A stretch of 63,493 nt of DNA, filler included. It is 12 parts of 12 records of this genome, joined end to end, with 100 filler letters (N's around TTAATTAATTAA, not from the genome) between each part and the next. Parts side by side here need not be neighbours in the genome. Positions count along the whole stretch, not along the records: positions 1 to 10,882 come from SRR7504441_2355; positions 10,983 to 14,579 come from SRR7504441_2373; 10 more parts are not named here. The stretch is one strand, 5' to 3'. Both the position numbers and the translations under genes were made by a program. This document shows, one piece after another, positions 1-11,500 of the stretch (its first letter is position 1; every line of letters begins with the position of its first letter). Below the pieces are notes generated by a model, which worked only from the letters and a program-made list of their open reading frames with translations, was not told the DNA's origin and made no database searches.

Positions 1-385
1 TTGCACAATGTGCGCCCCTTGATACACTACTGACTTACCGCCGTCCCACGGATTCATGCGCGGCGCATGGCGCGCCACTAAAAGCCTTGGTCAGCGCGGT
101 CAGGTGCCTGCCCGCGCATCTTGGGTGGCATGGTAGCGGCATGGTGTCGTGATCCGACATGACGCATCCTCACTCAAGGGGATGATGGACGGCGGAAACG
201 AAACCGCAACGGTAAATGTACGGTAACAGTACGGTCAACGGAACCTTCACGAGTTAACAATGAGTGCTTGGTGAGGGAGTGTGGGAGTTCTCAGAAAACT
301 CCCACTGCAGCTGCACACCAACGAATCCTGACAACAACAGTGTGCGGCACTGTCGCGAGAGCGGGCAGGCTGCACTCGATCGCGG

Positions 386-1794
386 ATGGAACCGGAGGAC
401 TACGCAGCTGAGGGGCTTGCCATGCCTGAGAGCCTGCTCAGCCCAGACACCGCTAGTGCCTGGATCCGAGCAGCCCGGGCTTCGGGTCACTTTGACGCGG
501 CGTTCAACCTGCGGGGGGGTCGCAGCTGGGAATGGTCCTGGCACTCTAATTGCCCCGAAATCCAGCCGGAAGTACTGTACCGGATGGTGATGCGCCAGCA
601 GCTCGAGAATCTGCCGGCTTGCACTGACCGGCACATGCTCATTGCGGGTCTGCGGGCCATGAGTAACGAGCCTGTCAATCACTGGTGACTCCCCTTACCG
701 CAGCTCACCGGACACCTCCCTCAGGTATAATACTACTTTTGAGATGCTCCATGGAAGGTGGCGCCACGATAGAGTGTTTGAAGCTGCCAGCCTAGAGCTA
801 CGGGACGATGAGGACCTCGCCCAGGAGGCCATTGGGATGGAGCCGCTGTGCTTCTGTCACTGCAGCGAACGGCTTCGAAACGAGCCGGAGCTACTAATCT
901 TCGCACTGGAAGTACTGGACCGAATGCCCAGATGGATGAACACCCATAATAGTGCGAGTGTGTTGATTGGCGCTGCGGGGGACGCACTGTGTGACTCCGA
1001 GGCTGTGATGATGGCAGCCGTGTCTGTGAACGGTGACTGCATGCAGCATGCCAGCGAGAGGCTGCAAGGTGGCTCAGCAATGGTTGGTTGACCCAGCACT
1101 GATTGGCTTGCGCGGCAGGTAACCTTCCGCTGCTGACCAGAGCGGTTGGTCAAGTTCTTGTGCAGTCGTCTAATCACCTTTCTGGGCCCCCAAGTGCTTT
1201 AGCGTGGGCTACTCGTCAGCTGAAAGCGGACCGAGAGTTGGTGCTTCGAGCTGTGCAGCACGACGGCCGGGCACTCGAGCACGCAGGTACTGGCCGGTCA
1301 GGGCTCAACGCTCATTAGTGGTTGAACAGGCGCGCATCTGAAGGACGACAAGGAGGTGGTGCTAGCAGCCCTCAGAGAGCCTCTCTCTGGCGATTCCGAC
1401 AAGCCTTATATCCCTTCGAGCAACGGCATAGCGTATTCATTTGCTAGCGAGCGACTCCGGGACGACTCAGACGTACTTCGAGTTGCATTACAAGTGGAAA
1501 ATGACGGCAGACTTGACAAAGTTCCCAACCTCTCACTCGCGTCCGAAAGGCTAAGAGCTGACCCAGCACTCATGCTCAGCCTCGGAGCGGATCAAGAGGT
1601 CAAACCCCAAACCGCCTGAGTGTGGTGACCGCGAGGCTGCAGATCGTTTGTGGACCGAGTCGCGTGATTCAACATGCAGCTAAAGCGCTTTTGGAGAGTA
1701 TGGATTTCATCAAGGATTGGTTAGAACAACATCCCTCAACATTGGGGCTACTGCCAGAGGCTGTGAGAGTAGCATACGTGAAAGAGGTGCACTA
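386..1794 (+). CDS. DUF4116-repeat-like protein, 5 exons
   Basis: Repeats ASLELRDDEDLA, CSERLRNEPEL, QHASERLQG, QLKADRELVLRAV, FASERLRDDSDV. GT-AG introns 685-724, 1069-1118, 1287-1329 and 1599-1642 join the ORF pieces in frame. Confidence 0.75.
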
Positions 1795-1864
1795 ATGGAT
1801 CTTTGGACCAATTCTAGTTATTAATTGAGCTTGTGTTTAAGCTTGCATGGTGTAGGTCGACGTG

Positions 1865-2956
1865 ATGAGCGACATCTATAACTTGGAGTTCCTCGAGGCG
1901 CATAAACAGTGGAGCATGCTGCCCAAAGCGCTGCTGAGCTCGATTCGGGAAGACCCTGTCAGACGGTCGCAGGTGTTGTCATTATCGTTCTTTGTTTGTT
2001 CATCGCAATAGTAACTAGTAGTACAGCACAGCTATGATCAAACTCAGCTTACATGACGACTTGGCTTTAGCTATACACTTGTGACTTATGGCTCCTTGGT
2101 GTAGGTGCTTCTCTCACTGCCACGACCTACTGAGGAACAGCAACAGATGCAAATCAGAGTCAGTTTGACAAATGCAAATGGCGATTCAGGCTTCCATGAT
2201 CAGTCATTCAATGCAAGCGAGCCAGCTATGGTCGTCAACAAGGCATTGCAAGGTCGTTGCTACCTTGATCTGCGAAGCATGCGCGTGTTTAATATGTCGC
2301 GCCACTGTATGGTGGACCCTCAGCTTTCGATCGGGCTGCAGTGTGGTTACCAATCTGAATCTTATTGGAAGTACATGCCGAAACGTTCAGACCCCTCACC
2401 TATAGAGCTGAGATGCTACCTAAATGGTTACACAGTGGCCGCACAACATGTGGGCTACTGCCAATCGCGAGGTCAACCCATCGCAATGACCCATTCGAAG
2501 GGAGACGCAGCCGACACTCCACACCCAGGACCACGAGTAGACTTGACGACTGAAACTGTGGGTGCCTTGCCGCAGAGGTTGCTGGAGCTGGAAGGTGCAG
2601 CAGCTGAGTTGGTGCCGATGCATCTTTTGCTAGAGCCTGCGAGTCGGGTTGTAAAGCAGCCTGTAACACGGCCCATCATAGAAGCACTTTCACTGGCCAT
2701 GCACCCACACAGTGGTGCAGCGGAAGGGCTCAAGCAAGTGCTGAGATGCACTGGCATCCGGAACACAGTTCTAGCTGTTGCTGCTGCACCGGTACGCATT
2801 GAAGTATGGAGGGCCTCCAACTATCTGGAGTGCTTCCTTCAAGGTGCACTAAACCCAGAAGCTACTCTAGTTGAGGCGTTTGGCGGCGATGAGGCGTTAG
2901 CGGTATTTGCCTCGTTCGACATTCAATTAGTGTTTGTCCAGCATTACGAAACATAG
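1865..2956 (+). CDS. Hypothetical protein, 2 exons
   Basis: ATG 1865, 36 codons, then GT-AG intron 1973-2104 joining the 283-aa ORF in frame. No recognisable domain. Confidence 0.55.
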
Positions 2957-3302
2957 GTTCGAGAATCACTTGCTGTCAAGCAACACACATTGAACTATTA
3001 CTTAACACACTGAACTATTCAATGAGTCATAATTAAATTAAACCTCAATTCTAACTAAAGCAAGTGCTTTCCTATGAGCTGTGCGCGTGTCTCTTACGAG
3101 TTTGCTTAAATGTTGATCTACGTTGATGCCAAAAGTCTGGTCGTGTGTGGAAGCGGTTCGGCCAGATCGTTGATGACTGTCCGTTGACCGAGCCGCGCCG
3201 GATCGTTGATAATCGTTGATGACTTGCAGGACATCATACATGTACAGTGTACGCAGTAGTCATTTCAGCATTAAATTCACATTTCTTTTATTCGGGAGGG
3301 CT

Positions 3303-6300
3303 TCAATTATTCACGTTGAACAGGTCTCTGCGACTTAAATCTGGCCGATCGCTCTCTTTATTGCTCTCCGGGGCCGGTTGACGGTGGCGCGGCACAATTG
3401 GCGAATCGAGCAGGACACCGTCGGGTACGCAAAGCTCGACTAGCTGCTCTTCCAGATCCCACTCTGCCATGCTCTCATACGCCTGCACTTTACTGCATGC
3501 CTTGGGGTACCACTCGGGATACAGTACAGAACTGGACACCCGCTCACCGGTGTGCTCTATGATGCATGCAGCCAGCTCAGTGAGCACACTCATGAACCCG
3601 TTCAGGCCTGCCCGCCAATCGCGTCGTCTTGAACCGGGCTTGCCTGGCTGCCCCGGCGGGAGCGCGTCGTGCTCATCCCAGGCGTTGATCATCCTCTCGA
3701 GCAGGCTGCTCTCGCATAGCAGGAACAACCGGAGCTCTGATACCTTGCACAGACTCAGACCAGCGCCTCGGGCAGGCCCACCTCGAGCATGCTCTTAAGC
3801 AGGGCAGCGCCCGATACGTGCAGTTGGTTGTGCCACGGGAAGGCGAAGAACAGCTGCAGAGTGTGAGTGCCGCTGGCGGGCAGAGGGCACCTCTATCACA
3901 GTCCAAAGCAGTCCACTGCTCAAGAACCCAGCGGATATGCTCTCAAAAGAGTCACTCAGCCTGATCAATGTCGCAAGCAGCCAGATAAACCGTACCTGCA
4001 GCGTGCCCACACTGTCCCGACACAATTCAGACGCGCGTCGGCCCGTCGCCCGACCGGCTGGGCAGCTTGGTCGGCAGCACCGCGCGCCGGCGCGAAGGGA
4101 GCCGCTGGGAGAGCGCCTTGAGCCTGGATGATCTGATCGAGCTCGAGCGCGACATCCGGACACTGGACGGTGTCGAGCCGGACTGGTTGGGGAGCAGCAG
4201 CTTGCCGGCGTCCAGCAGGCAGTGACCTGCCCGGCGCCTCCGACCAGCCAATGAGCTGATCTGACCTAGTATCTGGATCAGTTGAGCCGGAAGAGCCGGG
4301 TGCGGCGAGTTCTGATCGACCGGCACAGTGCGGAGCTCCGGCCTGAGCAGAGCCTCCACGACAGTCATGAACGCGCCCAGTGTCTGCTCCTGCTTCTGGA
4401 CCATTCGGTACATTATGAGCAAGATGGATGGGGTGCTACTAATCAGCTCGTGCAGCGCGGCGTCCGATCCGCTCAGCTCGGCCACTTGGAACAACGCCTG
4501 CGTCCGGCTCACATCAGGGCGTGGGCGGCTCAGCTCACCGCGCTCAACATGCTGTCGCAGTCGGCGGCGACCAATCGAAGCTCGTCAGCCGTTTCTGCTG
4601 TTCCGTGCGCCAGGCGTGCTGTGACTTGGTCCCCAAACAGGAATTGGCTGAGATCAACATCGGGCGGTGGGCTGGCTGGAGGGTCCTGATCGGCTGGCAC
4701 AAGCCTCGAATGCCGATCTGAATGTATCAGATGCGTGCAGAGATCACGCGCGCTGTACAGTGGCGATCGGGGAGCGGGGAGCTCTCTGGGTGTGCATGGT
4801 GTGGAGCTGAGCCCGACTGGGCTGGGAGGCGAGCCCTTGCACTCGCACAGAACAGTGTGCAGCCTCACGAGTGAAAGCATGATGCACTCAGAGTGCAGAG
4901 ATGCAGCTGCAAACATCTCAAACAAAGGGAGGGCTTGGCTGGGTCCCGGAGGTGGCCGTTCGACAGCTGTCCACAGCACTTGCGCAAGATTTGGATGGGC
5001 GGTATCCGGTTCGTCAGGCGAGATCCCGAACGATTCGACCGCTTGTACTAGCATATCAGGCGGGGCCGGCAGCACACACCCAACCGAGTCGCAGCGCAGC
5101 GGCGGCCCGAGCGCCGCACCGCTCATGTCAAACACTGCACAGTTGCTGTTGGAGAGCACCCAGGGCAGTCTGCCGTCGACTGCAGGATCAAAGTCGAGAT
5201 CCTCGGCTGCGACTCGATGGAGCATCACAGACCTCAGCTGCTGCAGGCACGACAGATGGTCCGCACACGACCGGTGCGCGCGCAGGATCCCCTGGTGCTG
5301 TATGTTGAACGCGGCTGAAAGCACCGGGTGCTGCTCGATTAAGTCTGAGACCTCCTGCGCGACTCTGTCTATGCTCTCACTGGGAGTGGCCTGCACCCAG
5401 CTCAATAGATTGCAGCCGAGCCCGGTGCCTGCAGCGGCATCCGGAGCCACTGGTAGGCGTGCACCATCGGATACGACGCGAGCACCGTCTCCAGCCACAG
5501 CTGCGCACACTCACAAACTCGGAGCACACCTCACACCTGATCATACGATTCTCGTATGAAGCAGCATTCGGAAAGTATGAAGCACCTGCCCTCCGTCAGC
5601 CCTGTAGGTCCAATCAACCAACCGTTGGCGCGAGAGCTGCAGCCTGTTCACGGCGCAGCTGGAGAGGTCGGCCAAGTCGCAGCCGTAGACCATCTCGGCT
5701 GGCAGCGACAACCCAGCACGCTTGCACGGGCTCCATTCCCACCCGAGTGCAAACTCTAGCTCATAGTTCTCCGGCCCCTCCGAGCAGCAGCTGTCCAGGT
5801 AGGCCACAACCTGCCCCGCCGTCGGCCCACCCGCGGTCAGCCCGACCTCGGCCCGCTCCTCGGCCGCGAAGAAGACCGTAGTCATCTGGTCTCTCCCAGC
5901 CATAACGTGCCATATGTTCACCTCGAACTCGTGCCGGATTTCTATCGGCCCGGACCGGGAGGGCAGCTCAAACCAGCACAAGTCGCGCAGCCCGACCGAC
6001 CCGAGCGACAAGTGGCTGGCGAGCACGACCGGCACCGGCTCTGCTGCAAGTGGCACGCTCGCGAGAGGCTCAGGCAGCTCATAACTCCCATCCGGGCGCA
6101 TGCTGCGCGCCAAGTAATCAACCACCTGCCCACGGGTAGTGAGCGCCCCCCAGGGCCGGGAGGGCGCCTCCTCGAGCTCCTCGGCCGCGAAATAGAGCCG
6201 GGTACGCGGGCCGGCTGCTGTGCGCTCCACCACCCGCCACACGGGTGAGCGGCCGGCCAGCCCAGCCACCAGCTGGACTGTCACCGGCTCGGGCGCGCAC

Positions 6301-6848
6301 TCTAGGCTCAAGTAGGTGTACCCGCGCGCCGCGTGCTCGGCCAGCTGCTGGTGGTGGCTCAGCGCCGGGTGGTGGAGCCCGCCCGAGCTGTCCAGGTCGG
6401 GGCATCCGCGCAGGTACTCTAGCACTAGCTGCTTGTCGTGCGCCACGAAGCTCAGCTCCACCGGTCCGCCCACCGTCCGCCGGGTGACCGCGTAGTGCGA
6501 GTGGCCCAACACCTGCGACCCGAACTCTACATACACCTCGGCCGAGCCCCGCGCGATCCGGGCGCTCCCGTGGTCGAACAGGTCGGCGCTCACCTGATCC
6601 ACCAGCCCAAGCGGCTCCGGGGTGTGCGGGTCCGTCTGGGGCGTGGCTGGGGCCGCCGCGGCGCTCGGGGAGGTGGCGCCCAGCTCGAGGGCGGCCGCCA
6701 CCGACGAGACCCCGTGCTGGCGCAGCGCATTGCGGAGCTTGCCGCGGAGCACGATCGGGCTGCGGCCGATGGTGCGCGGGGTCCCCGTGCCCAGCTGGAT
6801 CAGGGCCGCCCGCAAGTCGTCCACCGACATCCCGTCGATCTCGGCCAT
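3303..6848 (-). CDS. Hypothetical multi-exon protein with N-terminal LEM/SAP-like helical motif
   Basis: MAEIDGMSVDDLRAALIQLG...LRGKLRNAL. 36-38 nt introns (e.g. 5501-5536) link ORFs 5541-6884 and 4530-5510. Linkage to ORFs 4027-4512 and 3303-3728 is assumed from strand and spacing. Confidence 0.55.
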
Positions 6849-6921
6849 GTTCTGCTCTCTCGCGGCGAGCACACCCGGGCTCAATCGATTCTAACCAAAG
6901 TCCGTTAGGCTCGGGACAACA

Positions 6922-9900
6922 ATGCCAATCAGTGCTTCCCCGGACACCAAGCGGCGCCAGGTGCGCCTTCGCAGGGCATATCCGTCGGAAGCAGCGGTGG
7001 GGCAGGCCCGGCTCAAGGAAGTGTTCCGCAGGGACAACCGGCTGACCGAGGCACAGCTGCAGGCGCTCAAGGCCCCGGGCGAGCCACTGATAGGTGTTCT
7101 CGGCGTTTGATCTGGACAGCAACAACGCCATCGATGCCGACGAGTTCTACGACCTTGCGCGTGTAAAGCGAATCGGTACCCGCCATGTCGGTTGGCCGCA
7201 CGAGCCCTCTGCAGGCACCGCCTCGCCTGAGTGGACCGTTGAGAAGAACGAGCGGCTCATGAAGGTCCCCGCCCCCACTCGCGGGCCTCCCAACGGTAAC
7301 GGACAGCGAGTGGACACGGACCAGAACGGGGACGTGTCGCTGGATGAGTTCCTCCGTTACTTTAACGACGTCTGGCACGGCGGGATGGCGCGACCCCGCC
7401 CGGCACGGTACTGAGCCCCTCTCCAGGCGCTGTTCTCCAACAAGGAATTCGAGCAGACCGTCGAGTACTTTCTAACGGTCCCCGCCAACGGCAGCCCCGG
7501 GCTGAGCCAGGGCAGCTGCCCAGGAAGCTGGCCCGACTCAAGGCGTCTGGTCAGTTCGCTGGGACGGCGTCGGTCAGGGAACAGCGCGGCCTGGAAACGG
7601 CAAAGCGCGGTGAGCGAGCGGCCCGACTGCGCGAGGTGTTCGGATCGTTCGACCTGGACGGGAACGGCTGGATTGGAGAGGAGGAGCTGCTCAAGCTCGG
7701 GCGAGCCAGGCGGGAGAAGGGGCAAGCGAGTGGTGAGTGGACAGTTGAAAGGAATCGGCGGCTGATTTGCCAAATGACCTCGGACGGAGGCAAGAGCGGC
7801 CGGATCAGTGTCCAGGAGTTTGTGCGGCACTTTGACGGTGCGCTGGCGGTCGATTCAGTTGCATTCGAGAAAGAGATACAAAATTTCCTCAAAGTCGCAG
7901 CCTCGTGCTCAACAGCAGACTCGTCGGCTGAGCCATCCAGGCTGAGCCCGAGGACCAGTCCGGGCAGCCCGGCCAAAGCCAGTCCGGGCCCGAATCAGTC
8001 GCAGCCGGCCGGCGAGGCGTCCTTGCTGGTTGAGCGTGTGGCTGGCACCAGGTTGGAGAACTCCAGTTCACCGAGCAAGCCGGCCAGCAGAGGCTCGGCA
8101 AGCCACGGCAGCCCGTCACAAAACCAGAGCAGTCCATCTGCAAGCAGAGGCAGCCCATCGCAGACCAAAGGCAAGAGCACGAGTAAGCGGGATCAGCGGC
8201 TGCGCCAGATCTTCTCGACGCTGGACCACAGGCGATCAGGAACTCTTAACCGGGCGGACCTGAGGGCGGTTGGGGGGCTTGTTGCGGGGATGATCGAGCA
8301 GCTGAATGCGCAAGGGCTGGAGGGATGCGACGAAGCCGAGTTTGTGGCGGCGCTCGGTCGAGCGATGAGCAGTGACCTGCAGGAGTTTGCTGGTCAGGCC
8401 GCAGAGATCGAGGCCAAGGCCGATGCGGCAAGCAAGCAGAAAGAGTCGGAACAGCGGGAGCGGCGGCAGGGCAAGCTTAAGCGGGTGTTCCGTGCATTTG
8501 ATCTCGATGGGAGCGGCTCAGTTGAGCGAGAAGAGCTCTACCAGTTAGGACAGGCAAAGAAATTGCCCGGGGCGAGCGCTTGGAGTGAGGAGAAGAACTC
8601 CAAATTAGTTGCCAAGCTGGACGCGGACAAGGACGGGCGGGTGTCGATCAATGAGTTTGCCACTCATTTCGAGAAGCTCCTCACGTTCAACGAGGGCGAG
8701 TTTGATGAATTGATGGGCCAATTTGTGAAAGGTAACTGTGGCTGAGAGCAGCCGAGCCCTCTGATCTGTGACTGACAGCGGCCGAGGGCGTTCACCTGAA
8801 CAAGTCTCGGGTGCGACATTCACGGCTAGAGAATATGGACCCCATCGAGAGGTATTCATTTAACTGTTCTTGTCGTTATGTTACTTTCCAGGGCCAAGCA
8901 CGAAGCGGCAGCGTTCACCAAGGATGCGGACATTGAAATTTTCAAGTGCAAACAGCAAGAGGGCGTGATGGACGACGCCAGAGCAAATGCCGAGAAGACG
9001 GCTCTCGACAAGGCAATCAAAGAGCTTTTGGCCCAGCAGGCGAAGGACGCGGCGCATGAGGAGCTGCGGGCTACTAAGAAGGCCGAGTCACGACTGGTCG
9101 AGGAGAGCAAACGGGCTGAGCAAGAGCACCTGAAGGCCAAGGCTGCTATGGAGAATGCAGTCGAAACCGAGTCTGATAGGGCTTCAGCGGTGGAAGGGGC
9201 CATACAGCACGCCAAGATGGCGCACAGCGGCCACCAGAGCGCGCAGACGGTGCTAATGTTGCGGGCGGGCGGTCTGACGGGATGCAGGCGCATCGAGAGT
9301 CTTTGGCGGTGTTGGATGCGAAGAGCGAGCTGCACAGGCAGCGGGCAGCCAAAGTGGCAGAGCTGGAGGAAATGCTCCGAGTTGCGCGTGAAGGGTTGAA
9401 ATTAGCGGCTGGGGAGCTAGATAAGGCCGTACAGGACAAGAAGACAAAGGCTGAGGTCGAGCACCAAGCTGTGGACAGACTCAAACAGGCCAAGACGGAT
9501 CAGGCCACGGCCGAGGAGGCCCACAGGCTGGCTCACACAGACATGATTGAGAGAGTCAACTCAGAGAGGGAGAAGTTACGCAAGCGCCAATATAACGAGC
9601 AGAGGCACAAAGCTGCGAAAAAGCTGGTCACTAGCGAGACAGAGCGCCAGTCAATAGTGGCCAAGCAGGCAGAGGTGGCGGTCGAGTCTGCGATGGCGTA
9701 TGCCCGGACAGTGGTGGAGAGGCGTGACGCGCACGCTGCGGCCAAGCTCGAGTGCTGGGTGGCGGTCGACGAGAAGCGCGTGCGTGGAGTGGAGGAGCTG
9801 GCGGCTGTGGACTGGTGGGACGCGGAGTCAGCCCGGCGTGACCAGCACGCAGAGCAGGTTGTTGCTATTATTATGATTGTGCTGACTATGGGGCAGATTA

Positions 9901-10571
9901 GCGCGGCGCAGAGGAAGGAGGAGCTGAAGAAGGCAGAGCTGAGGGCCGACTGGGAGGATCGACGCAGTGTCTTTGCCCGGAACCGAGCCAGGCAAGAGCA
10001 CCAGAGCGAGATCGAGGCCGCCCAGCGCAAAGAGGAGCAGCAGCGTACTGCGCACGAGACCGCCAGGCAAAGGGCCGACAAGACCAAGACAGTCTATGAA
10101 AGCAATGCAGCAAAGGCCCGTGAGTCGACAGAGGGCGCCAAGCACACCAGGGGTGAATTTGAGAAGGTAGTTGCCGCCAAGCGCGCCGAAATCGCAAAAC
10201 TGGAGCCAAAGAGGGCAGAGCGGGCAACAAAGGCGTATCGAGAGTTCATTGGGCGGGCTGCCGAGGAGGTGGCGGCCAGTGGCGCGGTTGATCCAGCTAC
10301 GCTCGAGGCCAAGGTGGAGCGGGCACTGGAGATGGCCATGCAGGGCATCGACACTTACAGTGCCGTCTCAGTCGACAAGAAGATCAGGCCCGTACGCCAG
10401 CCGACTGCCCGAAGCAACCCTAGTTCGCCAGCTCCAGCCGAGAGCGAGGTGTCGCCCCGGCCGTCGCCTCGGAGCGCTCGCGATCGATCCTCGTCGGCCC
10501 CGAGAGACGATAAATTGATCGAGCGCCTCAATGGCATCATCTCCCCGGAAAGAAAGGGAGAAAAGGTATAG
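6922..10571 (+). CDS. Multi-EF-hand protein with C-terminal coiled coil
   Basis: Repeated module RLxxVFxAFDLDGxGxI..EL..LG..W..E.N..L...D.D.DG.VS..EF. Several ~40-nt introns (7051-7093 GC-AG, 8852-8891, in-frame intron near 9858-9896). E/K/A/R-rich tail. Confidence 0.8.
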
Positions 10572-10882
10572 AGTACATGATTGTAACAAGTTTACTACAC
10601 TTCTAGAACTAATCTAGAACTACACTAGAACTATGGCTTAGTATCAATTCATAGACACTCATGATTGTACTGTATAAGTACTTTGGACACAGTCATTTGC
10701 GTACAATGTCATGATTGTAAGAGACTGCGAGCACGTGGAATCATTGTTTACTCTTATATCATAATTACTACTTGTAAATATTCACACCACACCTGTTGGT
10801 GATCACGACATTAATTTGTCTTTTCATCTGGGGAGTAGCTAGGATCCGATGGAGAGTAGCTCGGAGACGTCGGTGAGTAGCT

Positions 10883-10982
10883 NNNNNNNNNNNNNNNNNN
10901 NNNNNNNNNNNNNNNNNNNNNNNNNNTTAATTAATTAANNNNNNNNNNNNNNNNNNNNNNNNNNNNNNNNNNNNNNNNNNNN
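10883..10982. other. Artificial contig spacer (N-TTAATTAATTAA-N, 100 nt); same at 14580-14679, 20246-20345, 23842-23941, 30022-30121, 35810-35909, 41110-41209, 45187-45286, 51094-51193, 54589-54688, 60272-60371
   Basis: Identical N runs with a central six-frame stop linker, and genes are truncated at these points. Confidence 0.99.
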
Positions 10983-11342
10983 CATCCGCACCCCGAAGCT
11001 GAGCTCCTGGTCCCAGCGGGTGCGGAGCGCCGCCCGGGGGACCCCGCTGGTCGACCGGCGCACCCCGAGCACCTGACCGCCGGTCCAGCCGGGCCGGGCT
11101 CGGCCCACCGTGGTCCCCACGCGCACTTCGCAGCTGATGAAGATGTCGGTCGGCGAGTCCGGCGGGTCGGCGGGCAGCGGGAGCGCCCCCTCCAGGTTCT
11201 CGACGTTCACCATCAGCGGCAGCACCAGGTCGCCGGTGGGCCGGTAGGCCTTGGCAGCCGGCTCCACCTCGCGCGCCTGCGGTCGGAGCGGCACCGCCTC
11301 CTTCACGTACTGGAACGCGCTCGAGTCGTTGAACGACCGCAT
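10983..11342 (-). CDS. PI3-kinase-type C2 domain protein, N-terminal fragment (possibly Vps34-like), 3' truncated
   Basis: VNVENLEG...DIFISCEV...VLGVRRSTS...RWDQELSFGVRM resembles the PI3K C2 domain. One in-frame 36-nt GT-AG intron. Confidence 0.55.
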
Positions 11343-11413
11343 CCCACCGCGCGCTGCTGCTGGCAGACAGCCACCTCACTGCCGGTGCCCCGCCGATTAC
11401 ACGGCTGGCCGCT

Positions 11414-11427
11414 TCCGTTGAAACGGA
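11414..11427. promoter_or_regulatory. Inverted pair of AACGG (Myb/MSA-like) motifs in a divergent promoter; motif also at 207/236, 6901, 22628, 27821, 30341, 32838, 34836/34843, 47048/47055, 56034
   Basis: TCCGTTG-AAACGGA between the divergent ATGs at 11342 and 11501. The same core recurs just upstream of start codons. Confidence 0.5.
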
Positions 11428-11500
11428 AAGACGGTTGGGTTGCTGAGCGGCCTGAGCCTCTTCCGCCGCCGCCGTACACGAAAGTACCCGAGGCAAAGCC

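Noticed and set aside
1599-1642. In-frame TGA/TAG codons in conserved genes suggesting readthrough, selenocysteine or an alternative genetic code
   Set aside because: Every case examined (e.g. 1617, 12856, 5533) is removed by or split across a ~40-nt GT/GC-AG intron
1973-2104. Second long intron as a snoRNA host (ATGATCA, ATGACGA, GTGA)
   Set aside because: No convincing terminal stem or recognisable rRNA antisense element, and it is AT-rich with TAGTAC-like filler
9858-9896. Hydrophobic stretch VVAIIMIVLTMGQ as a TM helix in the coiled-coil protein
   Set aside because: It is an in-frame 39-nt GT-AG intron with a CTGAC branch motif
10927-10938. Recurrent TTAATTAATTAA palindrome as a biological repeat
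   Set aside because: Always centred in identical N runs, so it is a concatenation linker
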